Source: a virus
Virus record (IMG/VR): IMGVR_UViG_3300045988_174353
Coordinates: 12,580-76,579 of that record
Strand: one strand, 5' to 3'
Length of the DNA: 64,000 nt
The notes under the pieces are model-generated. The model was not told where the DNA came from. It did not search any database and saw only the letters and a program-made list of their open reading frames with translations. A program made the translations under genes and the position numbers. This document shows, piece after piece, positions 8,488 through 16,448 of this stretch (position 1 is the stretch's first letter; each line of letters begins with the position of its first letter).

Positions 8488-8536
8488 CCCCGAATTTAGT
8501 GTAATCTCAAAAAAAGAAAAACGACTCGATTCGGGG
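8488..8536 (-). terminator. putative terminator downstream of 8594..9052
   Basis: CCCCGAAT (8488-8495) pairs with ATTCGGGG (8529-8536). T-runs follow on both strands, and a second small GC hairpin (CGGG..CCCG) lies at about 8445-8470. Confidence 0.5.
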
Positions 8537-8593
8537 TTTTCTTAAAGGAATAAAGGGGGAATGGATGGGCTTATTATTGTGTGAAGATTTTTC

Positions 8594-9052
8594 TTAACCT
8601 TCGATTTTGTCCTTGAAATACGGACACTGCGGTCGCTTGCTCTCAACCTTTAGTATGTCGAAACAATGACATATAGACGGCTCGCCGTCGATATTAACTT
8701 CGGAATTGTCGCAACTCTGGCAGGAAGACGGCTCGCAATTGTAACCGTCATATCGACAATACTTGCAATCATCGCGGTAAACTATTTTTCGGGGAGCAAT
8801 TTTGTCGAAAATTTTTATTCTGACGGTTTGCCCCTCTGCGGGTTCCTGACTCTGCTTCGGATTGTACTCTCCCTGCGACTGATTATTGATTTCGGGTAAA
8901 ACATCCGTTCCCCCGTTCTTTCGCTCGTCTTCGAGCCGCTCCGCAGTCTTACGCTCTTTTCGGTCGGCGATTCCCATCCCGATTAAACCGAGCATTATCG
9001 CAATCGTCCCCGCCGCAAGCAGTCCGATACAGATATTTGAAAAAATACTCAT
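8594..9052 (-). CDS. membrane-anchored Cys-rich hypothetical protein
   Basis: ATG 9052 (MSIFSNICIGLLAAGTIAIMLGLIGMGI..) follows a GAGGT RBS. One N-terminal TM segment and a C-terminal Cys-rich region. The track start 9067 lacks an RBS. Confidence 0.65.
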   Translation of the reverse strand: MSIFSNICIGLLAAGTIAIMLGLIGMGIADRKERKTAERLEDERKNGGTDVLPEINNQSQGEYNPKQSQEPAEGQTVRIKIFDKIAPRKIVYRDDCKYCRYDGYNCEPSSCQSCDNSEVNIDGEPSICHCFDILKVESKRPQCPYFKDKIEG

Positions 9053-9056
9053 ATCG

Positions 9057-9455
9057 TTATACCTCATCGACGAACGGCAAAGGCTTTTCGATTGATTCGC
9101 CGTAAACTTTCTTTAAGTTCTGCAACTTGATTAGTCTGTTCTTCTTCTCGGTAATCTGCTGTTCTAACTTCTCGATTTGATACTTTAAGACGTTTTCGCG
9201 AGTGTTGCCGATTACCTGATTCCCGATAACGTAAAATCTGTCGTACCCGTTCTCTTCGTCGAAAGTCGTAATGTTGTCTATCGTCCCGTCTTCGAGTCGT
9301 ACGGTACACTTTACGTAAGTCCGTAAAACTTTCGGAACGTCTAAACATGGAACGTCGTCCAGCGCGTCGCCTACTGCGATTATATCGCCCGTAATGCCGT
9401 CTGCCGTTACGACTTTGTCCGCAACGTGAAATTCTATTTTATTTCGTTTCTTCAT
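9057..9455 (-). CDS. hypothetical protein (paralogue of 12206..12604)
   Basis: 132 aa. Shares F-x-V-x-DKV-x-TA-x-G..G-x-I, FY-x-IG..V-x-GN and a C-terminal coiled coil with the other 132-aa ORF. Confidence 0.7.
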   Translation of the reverse strand: MKKRNKIEFHVADKVVTADGITGDIIAVGDALDDVPCLDVPKVLRTYVKCTVRLEDGTIDNITTFDEENGYDRFYVIGNQVIGNTRENVLKYQIEKLEQQITEKKNRLIKLQNLKKVYGESIEKPLPFVDEV

Positions 9456-10020
9456 TTTTCTGCTCCTGTTTCGTATATTTGTCGTAGTAACATTCTCTTA
9501 AATATTTAGTCCTGGCAACGGCGAGTTCTCTTTCGATTTCCGCCGCCGTCTTGCCTGATGAACGGGCAATTCGAGCCATACTCATCCCGTTCAGCCACTG
9601 CGTTAATATTTCGTTGCTGGGCGTATGCGGGTTGGGTATATCCCCGAATCTCGCCCCGCCGACTCTCTTCCTGACGTACTCGGTTGTGAATGTGGTTATA
9701 TTGATTCTCTCACCCCAACGAAACGCATTTAACGCCGCTATAACGCCCGAAAGCGAATCCTCGGCAGATAACCCGAACTTATCCGAAAGATAGTCCACAA
9801 GCCGCAATCTGTCAACTAAGGGCATTTTATAAAACTGTTGTGCTTCCGCTCTGGCGCGAGCCGCTTCGACTGCGGTCGAAAAATAGCCGAGCGCAATCTT
9901 TTCGCCGCTGTAATGAACGTAGGCGCGATACTTGCCCGCGACGGATTCAAACGAAACGCCTGTATATCCCGACGTATTATTCTTCGAAATTTTTCTGCCG
10001 TTGTTAGTAATTTCTGGCAT
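9439..10020 (-). CDS. AP2-domain DNA-binding protein with C-terminal HTH
   Basis: AP2/ERF-type signature NTSGYTGVSFESVAGKYRAYVHYSGEKIALGYFSTAVEAARARAEA. HTH-like C-terminal segment LNGMSMARIARSSGKTAAEIERELAVARTKYL. Confidence 0.65.
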   Translation of the reverse strand: MPEITNNGRKISKNNTSGYTGVSFESVAGKYRAYVHYSGEKIALGYFSTAVEAARARAEAQQFYKMPLVDRLRLVDYLSDKFGLSAEDSLSGVIAALNAFRWGERINITTFTTEYVRKRVGGARFGDIPNPHTPSNEILTQWLNGMSMARIARSSGKTAAEIERELAVARTKYLRECYYDKYTKQEQKNEETK

Positions 10021-10034
10021 AGTCGATTTTCTCC

Positions 10035-10343
10035 TTATATGTAATAAACCCCGTATTCAGAGGATATTGCAATTTTTTCGCCCGCTTTGACTGCTTCGAT
10101 TTGCTTACGATATTTCGGAATAGAATACTTAAACGCCGCAAGCAACTTAAAACCTTTTCTCGTCGGTTGTCCGTCAAGAGCAGATTTCGCCCCGAAGATA
10201 TAACCTTTCTTTTGTAACTGTTTCGCAAACGCCGCTTTTGACAAAGCGTCCATATAAGCGTAGTTCTGCGAATATCTGACTGCTGGATTCGTCGTTAAAA
10301 GATAGAACATCATTCCTGCAAAATATGCTTTACTGTTTTTCAT
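10035..10343 (-). CDS. hypothetical protein
   Basis: 102-aa ORF packed in the operon, overlapping the upstream stop by 14 nt. Confidence 0.6.
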   Translation of the reverse strand: MKNSKAYFAGMMFYLLTTNPAVRYSQNYAYMDALSKAAFAKQLQKKGYIFGAKSALDGQPTRKGFKLLAAFKYSIPKYRKQIEAVKAGEKIAISSEYGVYYI

Positions 10344-11037
10344 TTTTATCGTCGACCTCCGCCGCAGAATTTTGTGCTTCCGATTTTTCGACGATAACGT
10401 ATTTAACCGTTTCGAGTAAGTTTTCGTAAGACATTTTGTACTTTTTGATAAACGAATCTATTCCGTTAAGAATTTCGGGCGAAGGACGAGCGATTCCGAG
10501 TTCGGACATCGCCTTAAAAATCGATTCGGAATTTCTCCAGTGAATGTGCGGCAGTGCGATAATGTCGTGAATATTGCTTTTTGCAACGTCGCCTATCGTC
10601 GCGTAACCAGCCCGACGCAGGTCGGATTTTGTTTTCGTCGAAAAGTTAAACGCGGAAATAGAAGTGTCGGCAAGGGTTAATTCCTGTTCGGTTTTAAGTT
10701 TATCTCCACACAGAACAACAGGCTGATTGTCAACGCTTCTGAAAAATTCTTCGAAGTATTCTTCCCTGTTGAGTTTGCTTAACGCGGTGTGTTGCGCGAT
10801 TTGAAGGGCTTGACGAGTAACGGTATTGTCGTAGCGTTTTGCGATTGCCTGATAGGACAGTCCGTCGCGGTAACGCCAGATAAGAGATTCAACGTCGCGG
10901 TCGGAAATCTGCGCGTACATAGCGACGCGTTTAAGATTAAGTTCAAACGCTGTCGTATTGATTCCCGCGGAATCTTTGCCTGCGCCGAAAATCGCAAGGA
11001 TTAAATTGTAAGGATAGTATTCTGTTTGTATTGTCAT
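10330..11037 (-). CDS. putative transcription factor: sigma-70 region-4-like HTH fused to RNAP alpha-CTD-like helix-hairpin-helix
   Basis: Sigma region-4 pattern: DRDVESLIWRYRDGLSYQAIAKRYDNTVTRQALQIAQHTALSKL. Alpha-CTD pattern L..R..N.L..AGI.TIGDL...G.KS..EI...L...GL: FNFSTKTKSDLRRAGYATIGDVAKSNIHDIIALPHIHWRNSESIFKAMSELGI. Confidence 0.55.
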   Translation of the reverse strand: MTIQTEYYPYNLILAIFGAGKDSAGINTTAFELNLKRVAMYAQISDRDVESLIWRYRDGLSYQAIAKRYDNTVTRQALQIAQHTALSKLNREEYFEEFFRSVDNQPVVLCGDKLKTEQELTLADTSISAFNFSTKTKSDLRRAGYATIGDVAKSNIHDIIALPHIHWRNSESIFKAMSELGIARPSPEILNGIDSFIKKYKMSYENLLETVKYVIVEKSEAQNSAAEVDDKNEKQ

Positions 11038-11055
11038 TGTTTTGCCTCTTTATTA

Positions 11056-11520
11056 TTACATAACGTATAGTATTTCTATTTGAAGTTCGGATTTCTGAAC
11101 TTTTTTATTGCCCTGAAAAAAATTATATAATTTTGTTTTGAAACTTTTGGGTTTTTGTTTTACGCAGACAAGTATATAGCAGTGAGAAAGATATCCGCCC
11201 GATAAATTACCCTCATTAACTATACAAAACGTACTAACGGCACTATAAACATAATCTGTACAGTTTTTGTCGTTATGAACCGTTGTAACGTTTATTTTTT
11301 GAGACTGAATATTCCCGTCGGGATAAACTCCTTCAAGTTTGTCGTAGCCTTTGGAAGTTACGAGTTTATCGTATGCTTTTTTAACGCAGACTTCTGCCGC
11401 CCATTCCTGTTCGGTCTTGAAATCTTTATCTTTCGGGGCGCAAGCCGCGAGAAGAATTGCTCCGATTAAAAGAATGCCTAAAATCGACATAATGATGAGA
11501 AAAACTCTTTTTGTTTTCAT
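11056..11520 (-). CDS. putative lipoprotein
   Basis: MKTKRVFLIIMSILGILLIGAILLAAC: a positive n-region, a hydrophobic core and an LAAC lipobox. Confidence 0.65.
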   Translation of the reverse strand: MKTKRVFLIIMSILGILLIGAILLAACAPKDKDFKTEQEWAAEVCVKKAYDKLVTSKGYDKLEGVYPDGNIQSQKINVTTVHNDKNCTDYVYSAVSTFCIVNEGNLSGGYLSHCYILVCVKQKPKSFKTKLYNFFQGNKKVQKSELQIEILYVM

Positions 11521-11533
11521 TTTACTATATCTC

Positions 11534-11938
11534 CTAAATTAAGTTTGCTTTACCGTTTTCGTCTTCCCAAAACAACTTTATTCCCGAATCGGTTTTCAGA
11601 TTGTAACTTACGTCGCCGTAAATGTTATAGTTTCGGTCAAGAACAGTTCCGATTATCGGTTCGCCCGACGGCAGAAGAGTTGTTTGGACGCAGTCGCCGA
11701 TATTGTACTTATAAAGATTTTGATTTTTCGCGTCTTCTTTTGTAAGGAAAATCGAAACGCCCCAAATTCCCTTGTGCATTTTCATTCCGCGATATGTCAT
11801 TTCGTAGCCTTCAACTCGGAACGAAGATTTGCTGAACGTAAACGAAGTAACCGATATCGGAACGACGCGAAAGTTTATCTCGTCCTTCCAGTACAATGTC
11901 TCGCCAAAATCACAAGGCAGATTAAAAGTTTTTATCAT
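11534..11938 (-). CDS. hypothetical protein
   Basis: 134-aa ORF in the operon. Confidence 0.6.
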   Translation of the reverse strand: MIKTFNLPCDFGETLYWKDEINFRVVPISVTSFTFSKSSFRVEGYEMTYRGMKMHKGIWGVSIFLTKEDAKNQNLYKYNIGDCVQTTLLPSGEPIIGTVLDRNYNIYGDVSYNLKTDSGIKLFWEDENGKANLI

Positions 11939-12231
11939 CCATTCTCCTTTTCTGCTTCGATAAGAACCTTGTTGAGTTCGATTCTAACGCGTTTGAAATC
12001 GCTTTTCTTGTAAATTTTGCCGTCGTTCAGAAATATTTTCTGCTGATAAGCCGACAACCTGTTAAACCAAGCCCAGTAGGCGTTTGTACCCGAATCGAGA
12101 TTATTCATCTGCGGTTTTAATTCTTTAACGAAGATGATATTCGCCGCTTCGTTTGCCATGGACATTTCCATTAAACGCTCCGAAAAACATTTCGCATAAA
12201 GTTGTTTATCCATTCTTTTTGTCTCCTTCAT
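11935..12231 (-). CDS. hypothetical protein
   Basis: 98-aa ORF whose stop overlaps the next start (ATGA). Alternative start at 12213 (MDKQLYAK). Confidence 0.55.
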   Translation of the reverse strand: MKETKRMDKQLYAKCFSERLMEMSMANEAANIIFVKELKPQMNNLDSGTNAYWAWFNRLSAYQQKIFLNDGKIYKKSDFKRVRIELNKVLIEAEKENG

Positions 12232-12604
12232 TTTTTAATTTATTCAAAAATTTGATTTTGTCTTGCAATTTGTTTAACGTTGATAAGGCTTCGTTTCGCG
12301 CTTCTTCGACGGAAGACAGGTCTATATTGCCTAAAACGGTTTTCCCGATTTGATAAAAATCTTTATACTTGTTTTCGCAATCATATAAGTTTATTGCCCG
12401 TACTTCGGTACCGTTTGCTCCGTAGCCTTCGTAATTATTTTCTCTGAAATGCGCATCAGTCCAGCGAACGTCAATATCGGGAAACCCTTGTCCGTCCCAA
12501 AACCGAACACTTGTAATTCGTCCTATGTCGCCTTGCGCTGTTATAACTTTATCTCCGACGCGGAAATCGATTAAAGAGTCTATTGTAAATTCACCTTTCG
12601 GCAT
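12206..12604 (-). CDS. hypothetical protein (paralogue of 9057..9455)
   Basis: 132 aa with a GGAGGT RBS upstream. Contains FRVGDKVITAQGDIGRI and FYQIGKTVLGN. Confidence 0.7.
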   Translation of the reverse strand: MPKGEFTIDSLIDFRVGDKVITAQGDIGRITSVRFWDGQGFPDIDVRWTDAHFRENNYEGYGANGTEVRAINLYDCENKYKDFYQIGKTVLGNIDLSSVEEARNEALSTLNKLQDKIKFLNKLKNEGDKKNG

Positions 12605-12746
12605 TGTCTTTTACCTCCAAATTATCCAACGCAAATTCAAGGCACTTTCTGATTACCTGATTGCGTTTTCTTCCCGTCGACTTCGCTACGGATTCTATTT
12701 GTCGAATAGTTCCTGTGGAAGTCGTATCGAGAAATTCTTGCCACAT
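12591..12746 (-). CDS. small ribbon-helix-helix-like protein (51 aa, below ORF-track cutoff)
   Basis: MWQEFLDTTSTGTIRQIESVAKSTGRKRNQVIRKCLEFALDNLEVKDNAER*. It has the RHH-like pattern (strand, then a ..R..VIR.ALE..L helix) and fills an otherwise empty 170-nt gap. Confidence 0.45.
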   Translation of the reverse strand: MWQEFLDTTSTGTIRQIESVAKSTGRKRNQVIRKCLEFALDNLEVKDNAER

Positions 12747-12773
12747 TTCGATTTGTATTTATTCTGTTTAATT

Positions 12774-13157
12774 TCAAACATTCGGTTCGCTCCCTTGCAG
12801 ACCTGCAATAAACCCTTCGTTATATCCGATTGCATAGCCGCGGTCAAATTCAGACTTTTCATTGCCTCGTCTGTGATTAAATTCGGCGGAAAACGCCGCT
12901 TTAATAAACTGCTCGTCAATCAGGTTGATATAGGTATAACCGTTTGATTTAGCCCATTCTAAAACAGAACGGACAAACACCTGATTTCGATTGTTGACGA
13001 TTTCTGTCATAACTTTATCCGTTACGGTCATACAATCGATATCTTCGGGCTTTTCGATTTTGAAGTTTAAGGGAAGAGTTACGGTCGCGATTCCGTTATG
13101 TTCAAGACATTCCGTTGCTCTGTTGACTTCAGTTAAGAATTGTCTGCTGTTTTTCAT
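12774..13157 (-). CDS. hypothetical protein
   Basis: ATG 13157 (MKNSRQFLTEV..) follows a GGAGG RBS. The track start 13184 has no RBS. Confidence 0.6.
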   Translation of the reverse strand: MKNSRQFLTEVNRATECLEHNGIATVTLPLNFKIEKPEDIDCMTVTDKVMTEIVNNRNQVFVRSVLEWAKSNGYTYINLIDEQFIKAAFSAEFNHRRGNEKSEFDRGYAIGYNEGFIAGLQGSEPNV

Positions 13158-13464
13158 TTTCTTCGCCTCCGTTGTTACTTTCAAATTCTTTACCGAACGG
13201 GGCTTCTGCGTCCTGTTCGGCGATTTCTTGTTTTACCTGATACGTAACCATATCCAAAACATCGTTGAGCGGCATTTTACTACGCTTTGAAAACGCAAGG
13301 ATTAAAGTCGTAATGCTCGTAATTAACGATAACTTACTTCCGCACATTTCGCAATTGACGTTACCGTCTATCGCAGTCATAGCAATCGCCGCATTAAGGA
13401 GCGGCAGACTTTCGACTTTCTTTACCGTTGATTTTTTTATTAGTGATTTCTTTTTCATTTTCAA
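13129..13464 (-). CDS. hypothetical protein
   Basis: 111-aa ORF in the operon. Confidence 0.55.
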   Translation of the reverse strand: MKMKKKSLIKKSTVKKVESLPLLNAAIAMTAIDGNVNCEMCGSKLSLITSITTLILAFSKRSKMPLNDVLDMVTYQVKQEIAEQDAEAPFGKEFESNNGGEENEKQQTILN

Positions 13465-13509
13465 TATCCTGATATTCTTGTTCTATTTTATTTTTATCAA
13501 TGGAATAAT

Positions 13510-13713
13510 TCAACCCCTTAATATGTTTAACGAAATTGAATTTGTAAGGTCTGGTTCTTGAGATAAGGCACAAACATCCACACAAAATTCCTTCATTTCG
13601 TCCAAATAGCGAACAGTAACAAATCCAAACAATGTACATACCCTTATTACCACTATTTCTTTATGTAATAAAAAGAGTCTATCTCCAATCTTTGGATAAT
13701 TTTTGATATTCAT
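13510..13713 (-). CDS. hypothetical protein
   Basis: 67-aa ORF with an AAGGGAG RBS. Preferred over the overlapping ORF 13394..13639. Confidence 0.5.
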   Translation of the reverse strand: MNIKNYPKIGDRLFLLHKEIVVIRVCTLFGFVTVRYLDEMKEFCVDVCALSQEPDLTNSISLNILRG

Positions 13714-13746
13714 GTCAAATACTCCCTTTCATTGTCTAAATAGATT

Positions 13747-14313
13747 TCACCCGTAAATTTTATGTTTAGTAATGTAACATTGTTTTAATGTCCAACCCTC
13801 AATCCCATAACCTGTATTGATATACTCTACAAAGTTTTTAATGTCTGATTTATTTTGTTTCATAATTGCATCTTCAAAAAAATCTTTATTAAGTCTGTTA
13901 TTCAGTTGAAATAACTTAATAATTACATAAAAGAAACCTTCGTCGACAACATTAAATCTTTTTAATAAATCAATGAGAAGCGAATCGCTTGATTTAAGAA
14001 CTGCGTATAACGCATAGTCCATGTCAAAAGCAAGCCGTCCTGCAAGATATTTATAATCTTCACTATGAAGAAAAGCCATAAATGTCTTTGCGATGTCTTC
14101 CTTAGAAATATTCTCCATACCACAAGATGCAAGTTTAGAGTAAATACTATCGACCCTCTCTTTCCATGCATGATTTACGTATGACGAATCAACTCTTTCT
14201 ATTTTAGGCGTTTTATATTTATGTGTGCGGGGGGTATCTTTCATTGAACGAATGCACCAAATAACACTTAAGATTGCACTGATTACTAACGGTGTCATGA
14301 TAACGTAAAACAT
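13747..14313 (-). CDS. hypothetical protein with N-terminal TM helix
   Basis: 188 aa starting MFYVIMTPLVISAILSVIWCI. First gene downstream of the promoter at 14344-14372. Confidence 0.65.
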   Translation of the reverse strand: MFYVIMTPLVISAILSVIWCIRSMKDTPRTHKYKTPKIERVDSSYVNHAWKERVDSIYSKLASCGMENISKEDIAKTFMAFLHSEDYKYLAGRLAFDMDYALYAVLKSSDSLLIDLLKRFNVVDEGFFYVIIKLFQLNNRLNKDFFEDAIMKQNKSDIKNFVEYINTGYGIEGWTLKQCYITKHKIYG

Positions 14314-14343
14314 AAATTCAAACCTCTTTCATTTAATGTCTAT

Positions 14344-14372
14344 ATTTTACTACACTTTGTTTTACTTGTCAA
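14344..14372 (-). promoter_or_regulatory. sigma-70/sigma-A type promoter
   Basis: Minus strand reads AAAATCGC-TTGACA (14372-14367), 17-nt spacer, TAAAAT (14349-14344). Confidence 0.7.
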
Positions 14373-14419
14373 GCGATTTTACATAGTTTATTAAAATTTA
14401 TTTTGCGGTTTTGACGGGG

Positions 14420-14512
14420 TTAGCCTAACACTTTTTCAATTTCTTTCGCTATGGCAATAGAAAGAAGCGAGGGGACTGCGTTGCCGATTTTGGGTATACT
14501 ATTTTCATATTT
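14420..14512 (-). pseudogene. relic of the C-terminus (motif X) of a C5-cytosine DNA methyltransferase
   Basis: An intergenic frame reads ..SIPKIGNAVPSLLSIAIAKEIEKVLG*, the classic (Q/K)IGNAVP motif X and terminal helix of Dcm-type MTases. It has no in-frame start. An ATG with a GGTG RBS at 14508 is in another frame, one A short at the A4 run 14488-14491. Confidence 0.55.
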
Positions 14513-14581
14513 TCACCTCGTTGTGCCATAATTCGCTCTACTCGCCCAGCGTTGCGTCTAATAATTGTTTTGCTTTTTCGT

Positions 14582-15046
14582 TCATTTTTGTTTTCCGAAA
14601 CGTTTTTCAAATTCTTCGTTCAACTTCTCGCAACGTTCGTCTGCCGCCTCTTTTGTATCGAATTTTCCGTAATAAACGGCTAAGTCGTTAGGAACGACGT
14701 GAGTAACCGAATAATGTTTGATTTCTTTGTAACTGCCGTCCTTGTAAAATATACGCTTTACGTTATCGCAAATGACTACATATTTCGACTGCGGAATTTT
14801 AGGTTTTGTAATTAACAATGAACCACACTTAAAACATTGCCCATGGACTTCTGTTACAAGCCAATCTCTCTTCGATAAGAGGAACTCTTTAACCATTCTC
14901 ATCGCATCATATGGACTGTCACAAACAATCGTAGTTTTAATCTCGTCTTTAGTGCCGTTTTGAAAAGTTACTTCGCTCGTAACTTCATAACAACTTTCCT
15001 GTGTGAAATCAGGGAAATCAAGATAAACGTGCCTATATGCTTTCAT
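14582..15046 (-). CDS. hypothetical protein
   Basis: 154-aa ORF. Confidence 0.6.
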   Translation of the reverse strand: MKAYRHVYLDFPDFTQESCYEVTSEVTFQNGTKDEIKTTIVCDSPYDAMRMVKEFLLSKRDWLVTEVHGQCFKCGSLLITKPKIPQSKYVVICDNVKRIFYKDGSYKEIKHYSVTHVVPNDLAVYYGKFDTKEAADERCEKLNEEFEKRFGKQK

Positions 15047-15207
15047 TATTTTATCTCCTTTATTGTTTCGCCGATTAGCGAAAGATTTATATATCCGAAT
15101 TTCTTCTGTCTATCCGACGAAACCCAGTCGCCGTTTTTATATTTACTTCTGTAACAGTCGCCGTCTATAACGCCTTTTCTCTTTGCTCTAAATAAAATCT
15201 CTCTCAT
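15046..15207 (-). CDS. short YopX-N-terminal-like protein (53 aa)
   Basis: ATG 15207 follows a GAGG RBS. MREILFRAKRKG.. matches the N-terminus of the YopX paralogues at 23883 and 24372. Confidence 0.45.
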   Translation of the reverse strand: MREILFRAKRKGVIDGDCYRSKYKNGDWVSSDRQKKFGYINLSLIGETIKEIK

Positions 15208-15208
15208 T

Positions 15209-15763
15209 TTATACCTCATTCCCCCAACAATCCCAACTTTCTCTGTAATTTCTTGCATACATCTCAAGTTTGTTTGTGTTGGGATATAGTCTTTCGATGA
15301 TTTCGTATGCTACTTGAGGTTTTTGACTGTGCCGCTGTACTTTTTCGGTAAATACGCTATGTATCTTGCCACGTTCCTCTGTTGCAACAGGACGAAGTTT
15401 CCCTTTGTACATATAGAGTAAATATTCGTGTCCATATCGTATAGTAAACGCCGCAGGAATCCCCGTAACTTTATTCCAAATCATACGAGCGTGGAGTTTA
15501 TATCCCAACTCTTCTGCGATTTTTTGTGCCTCGAATAAATATTTATCTATTGTCCATAAAAACAATATACAGTCATTACCACATAAACTTGTCGCTTGAC
15601 GGATGTGTTCTTTTATCTCTTCGAGAGTTATGGTTTTATAATCCAACGGCTTACCACTACTGTTTGCTCTGACGGATTTCTTACCGCCTTTACTTTGTTG
15701 CCAAGGCGGGTCAGCGTAAATTATATCATACTTCTTTTCGGTGTTGTAAATGTCTACTTTCAT
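15209..15763 (-). CDS. MT-A70 family N6-adenine DNA methyltransferase
   Basis: 184 aa with the catalytic DPPW motif (YDIIYADPPWQQSKGG). Size is typical of phage MT-A70 methylases. Confidence 0.8.
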   Translation of the reverse strand: MKVDIYNTEKKYDIIYADPPWQQSKGGKKSVRANSSGKPLDYKTITLEEIKEHIRQATSLCGNDCILFLWTIDKYLFEAQKIAEELGYKLHARMIWNKVTGIPAAFTIRYGHEYLLYMYKGKLRPVATEERGKIHSVFTEKVQRHSQKPQVAYEIIERLYPNTNKLEMYARNYRESWDCWGNEV

Positions 15764-15778
15764 TTTGTTTTCTCCTTT

Positions 15779-16243
15779 TTATTTTACGATAGGTAGAGCG
15801 TTTAAGCCTTTGTCTTTGCAATACTGAATAAATTCATCTGCCGATAATGATTTCATAAGTTGTGCAAACATTATTTTTTCAGGGTTCGGTTCGGGAATGT
15901 ATTCGTAAGTCTTCGTTATTTTTTTGAAATCTTCCCATTTCATTCTTTTGCCAAATTCTTTGCCCGCGGGGATATATCTCAATTCCCAATCGGTCAATTT
16001 ATCCATTTTTCTCTTTCCTTTGAAATACGGTTCGGTCGCCCAGATTCCAGTGAAATAATCGACAGAGTTCAACAACGAGATTAAGTGCATACCGTCTTCC
16101 GAAGAATATGTTATAGTTTTGTTTTGTGGTAATTCTCCGTACCGAAGTTGCGGCTCATTGTTTATCCAGCCAATTGTATCGCGGCATGGAATATCGTTTA
16201 ATTTGTTTGATTCATAACATCTATATAAAATTCTTTTACTCAT
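15779..16243 (-). CDS. hypothetical protein
   Basis: 154-aa ORF. Confidence 0.6.
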   Translation of the reverse strand: MSKRILYRCYESNKLNDIPCRDTIGWINNEPQLRYGELPQNKTITYSSEDGMHLISLLNSVDYFTGIWATEPYFKGKRKMDKLTDWELRYIPAGKEFGKRMKWEDFKKITKTYEYIPEPNPEKIMFAQLMKSLSADEFIQYCKDKGLNALPIVK

Positions 16244-16448
16244 TTTGTTTTACCTTTTCTTTCTTTTCTTTGTATGCCTGTTTTAATCTTTCGCAAGGCT
16301 CTCCGTTGCAGTTCGGTTCGGTACAGTTGCAACACAACTCAACTTCACACTCGTACTTTAAGTTCGGGTTTGGCTTACTGTGTAATTTCGACGGGAATGG
16401 TCGAACACCCTTTATCGGCTCAATTCTGATTAGCCTTTGTTTTATCAT
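16236..16448 (-). CDS. hypothetical Cys-rich protein
   Basis: 70-aa ORF coupled at both ends. Contains CEVELCCNCTEPNCNGEPC. Confidence 0.55.
   Translation of the reverse strand: MIKQRLIRIEPIKGVRPFPSKLHSKPNPNLKYECEVELCCNCTEPNCNGEPCERLKQAYKEKKEKVKQNE

Noticed and set aside
7834-8593. CRISPR array or other regularly spaced repeat array in the non-coding region
   Set aside because: The repeats are few (two to five copies), irregularly spaced, partly inverted and very short, or else present as a single inverted pair. There is no repeat-spacer periodicity and no cas genes.
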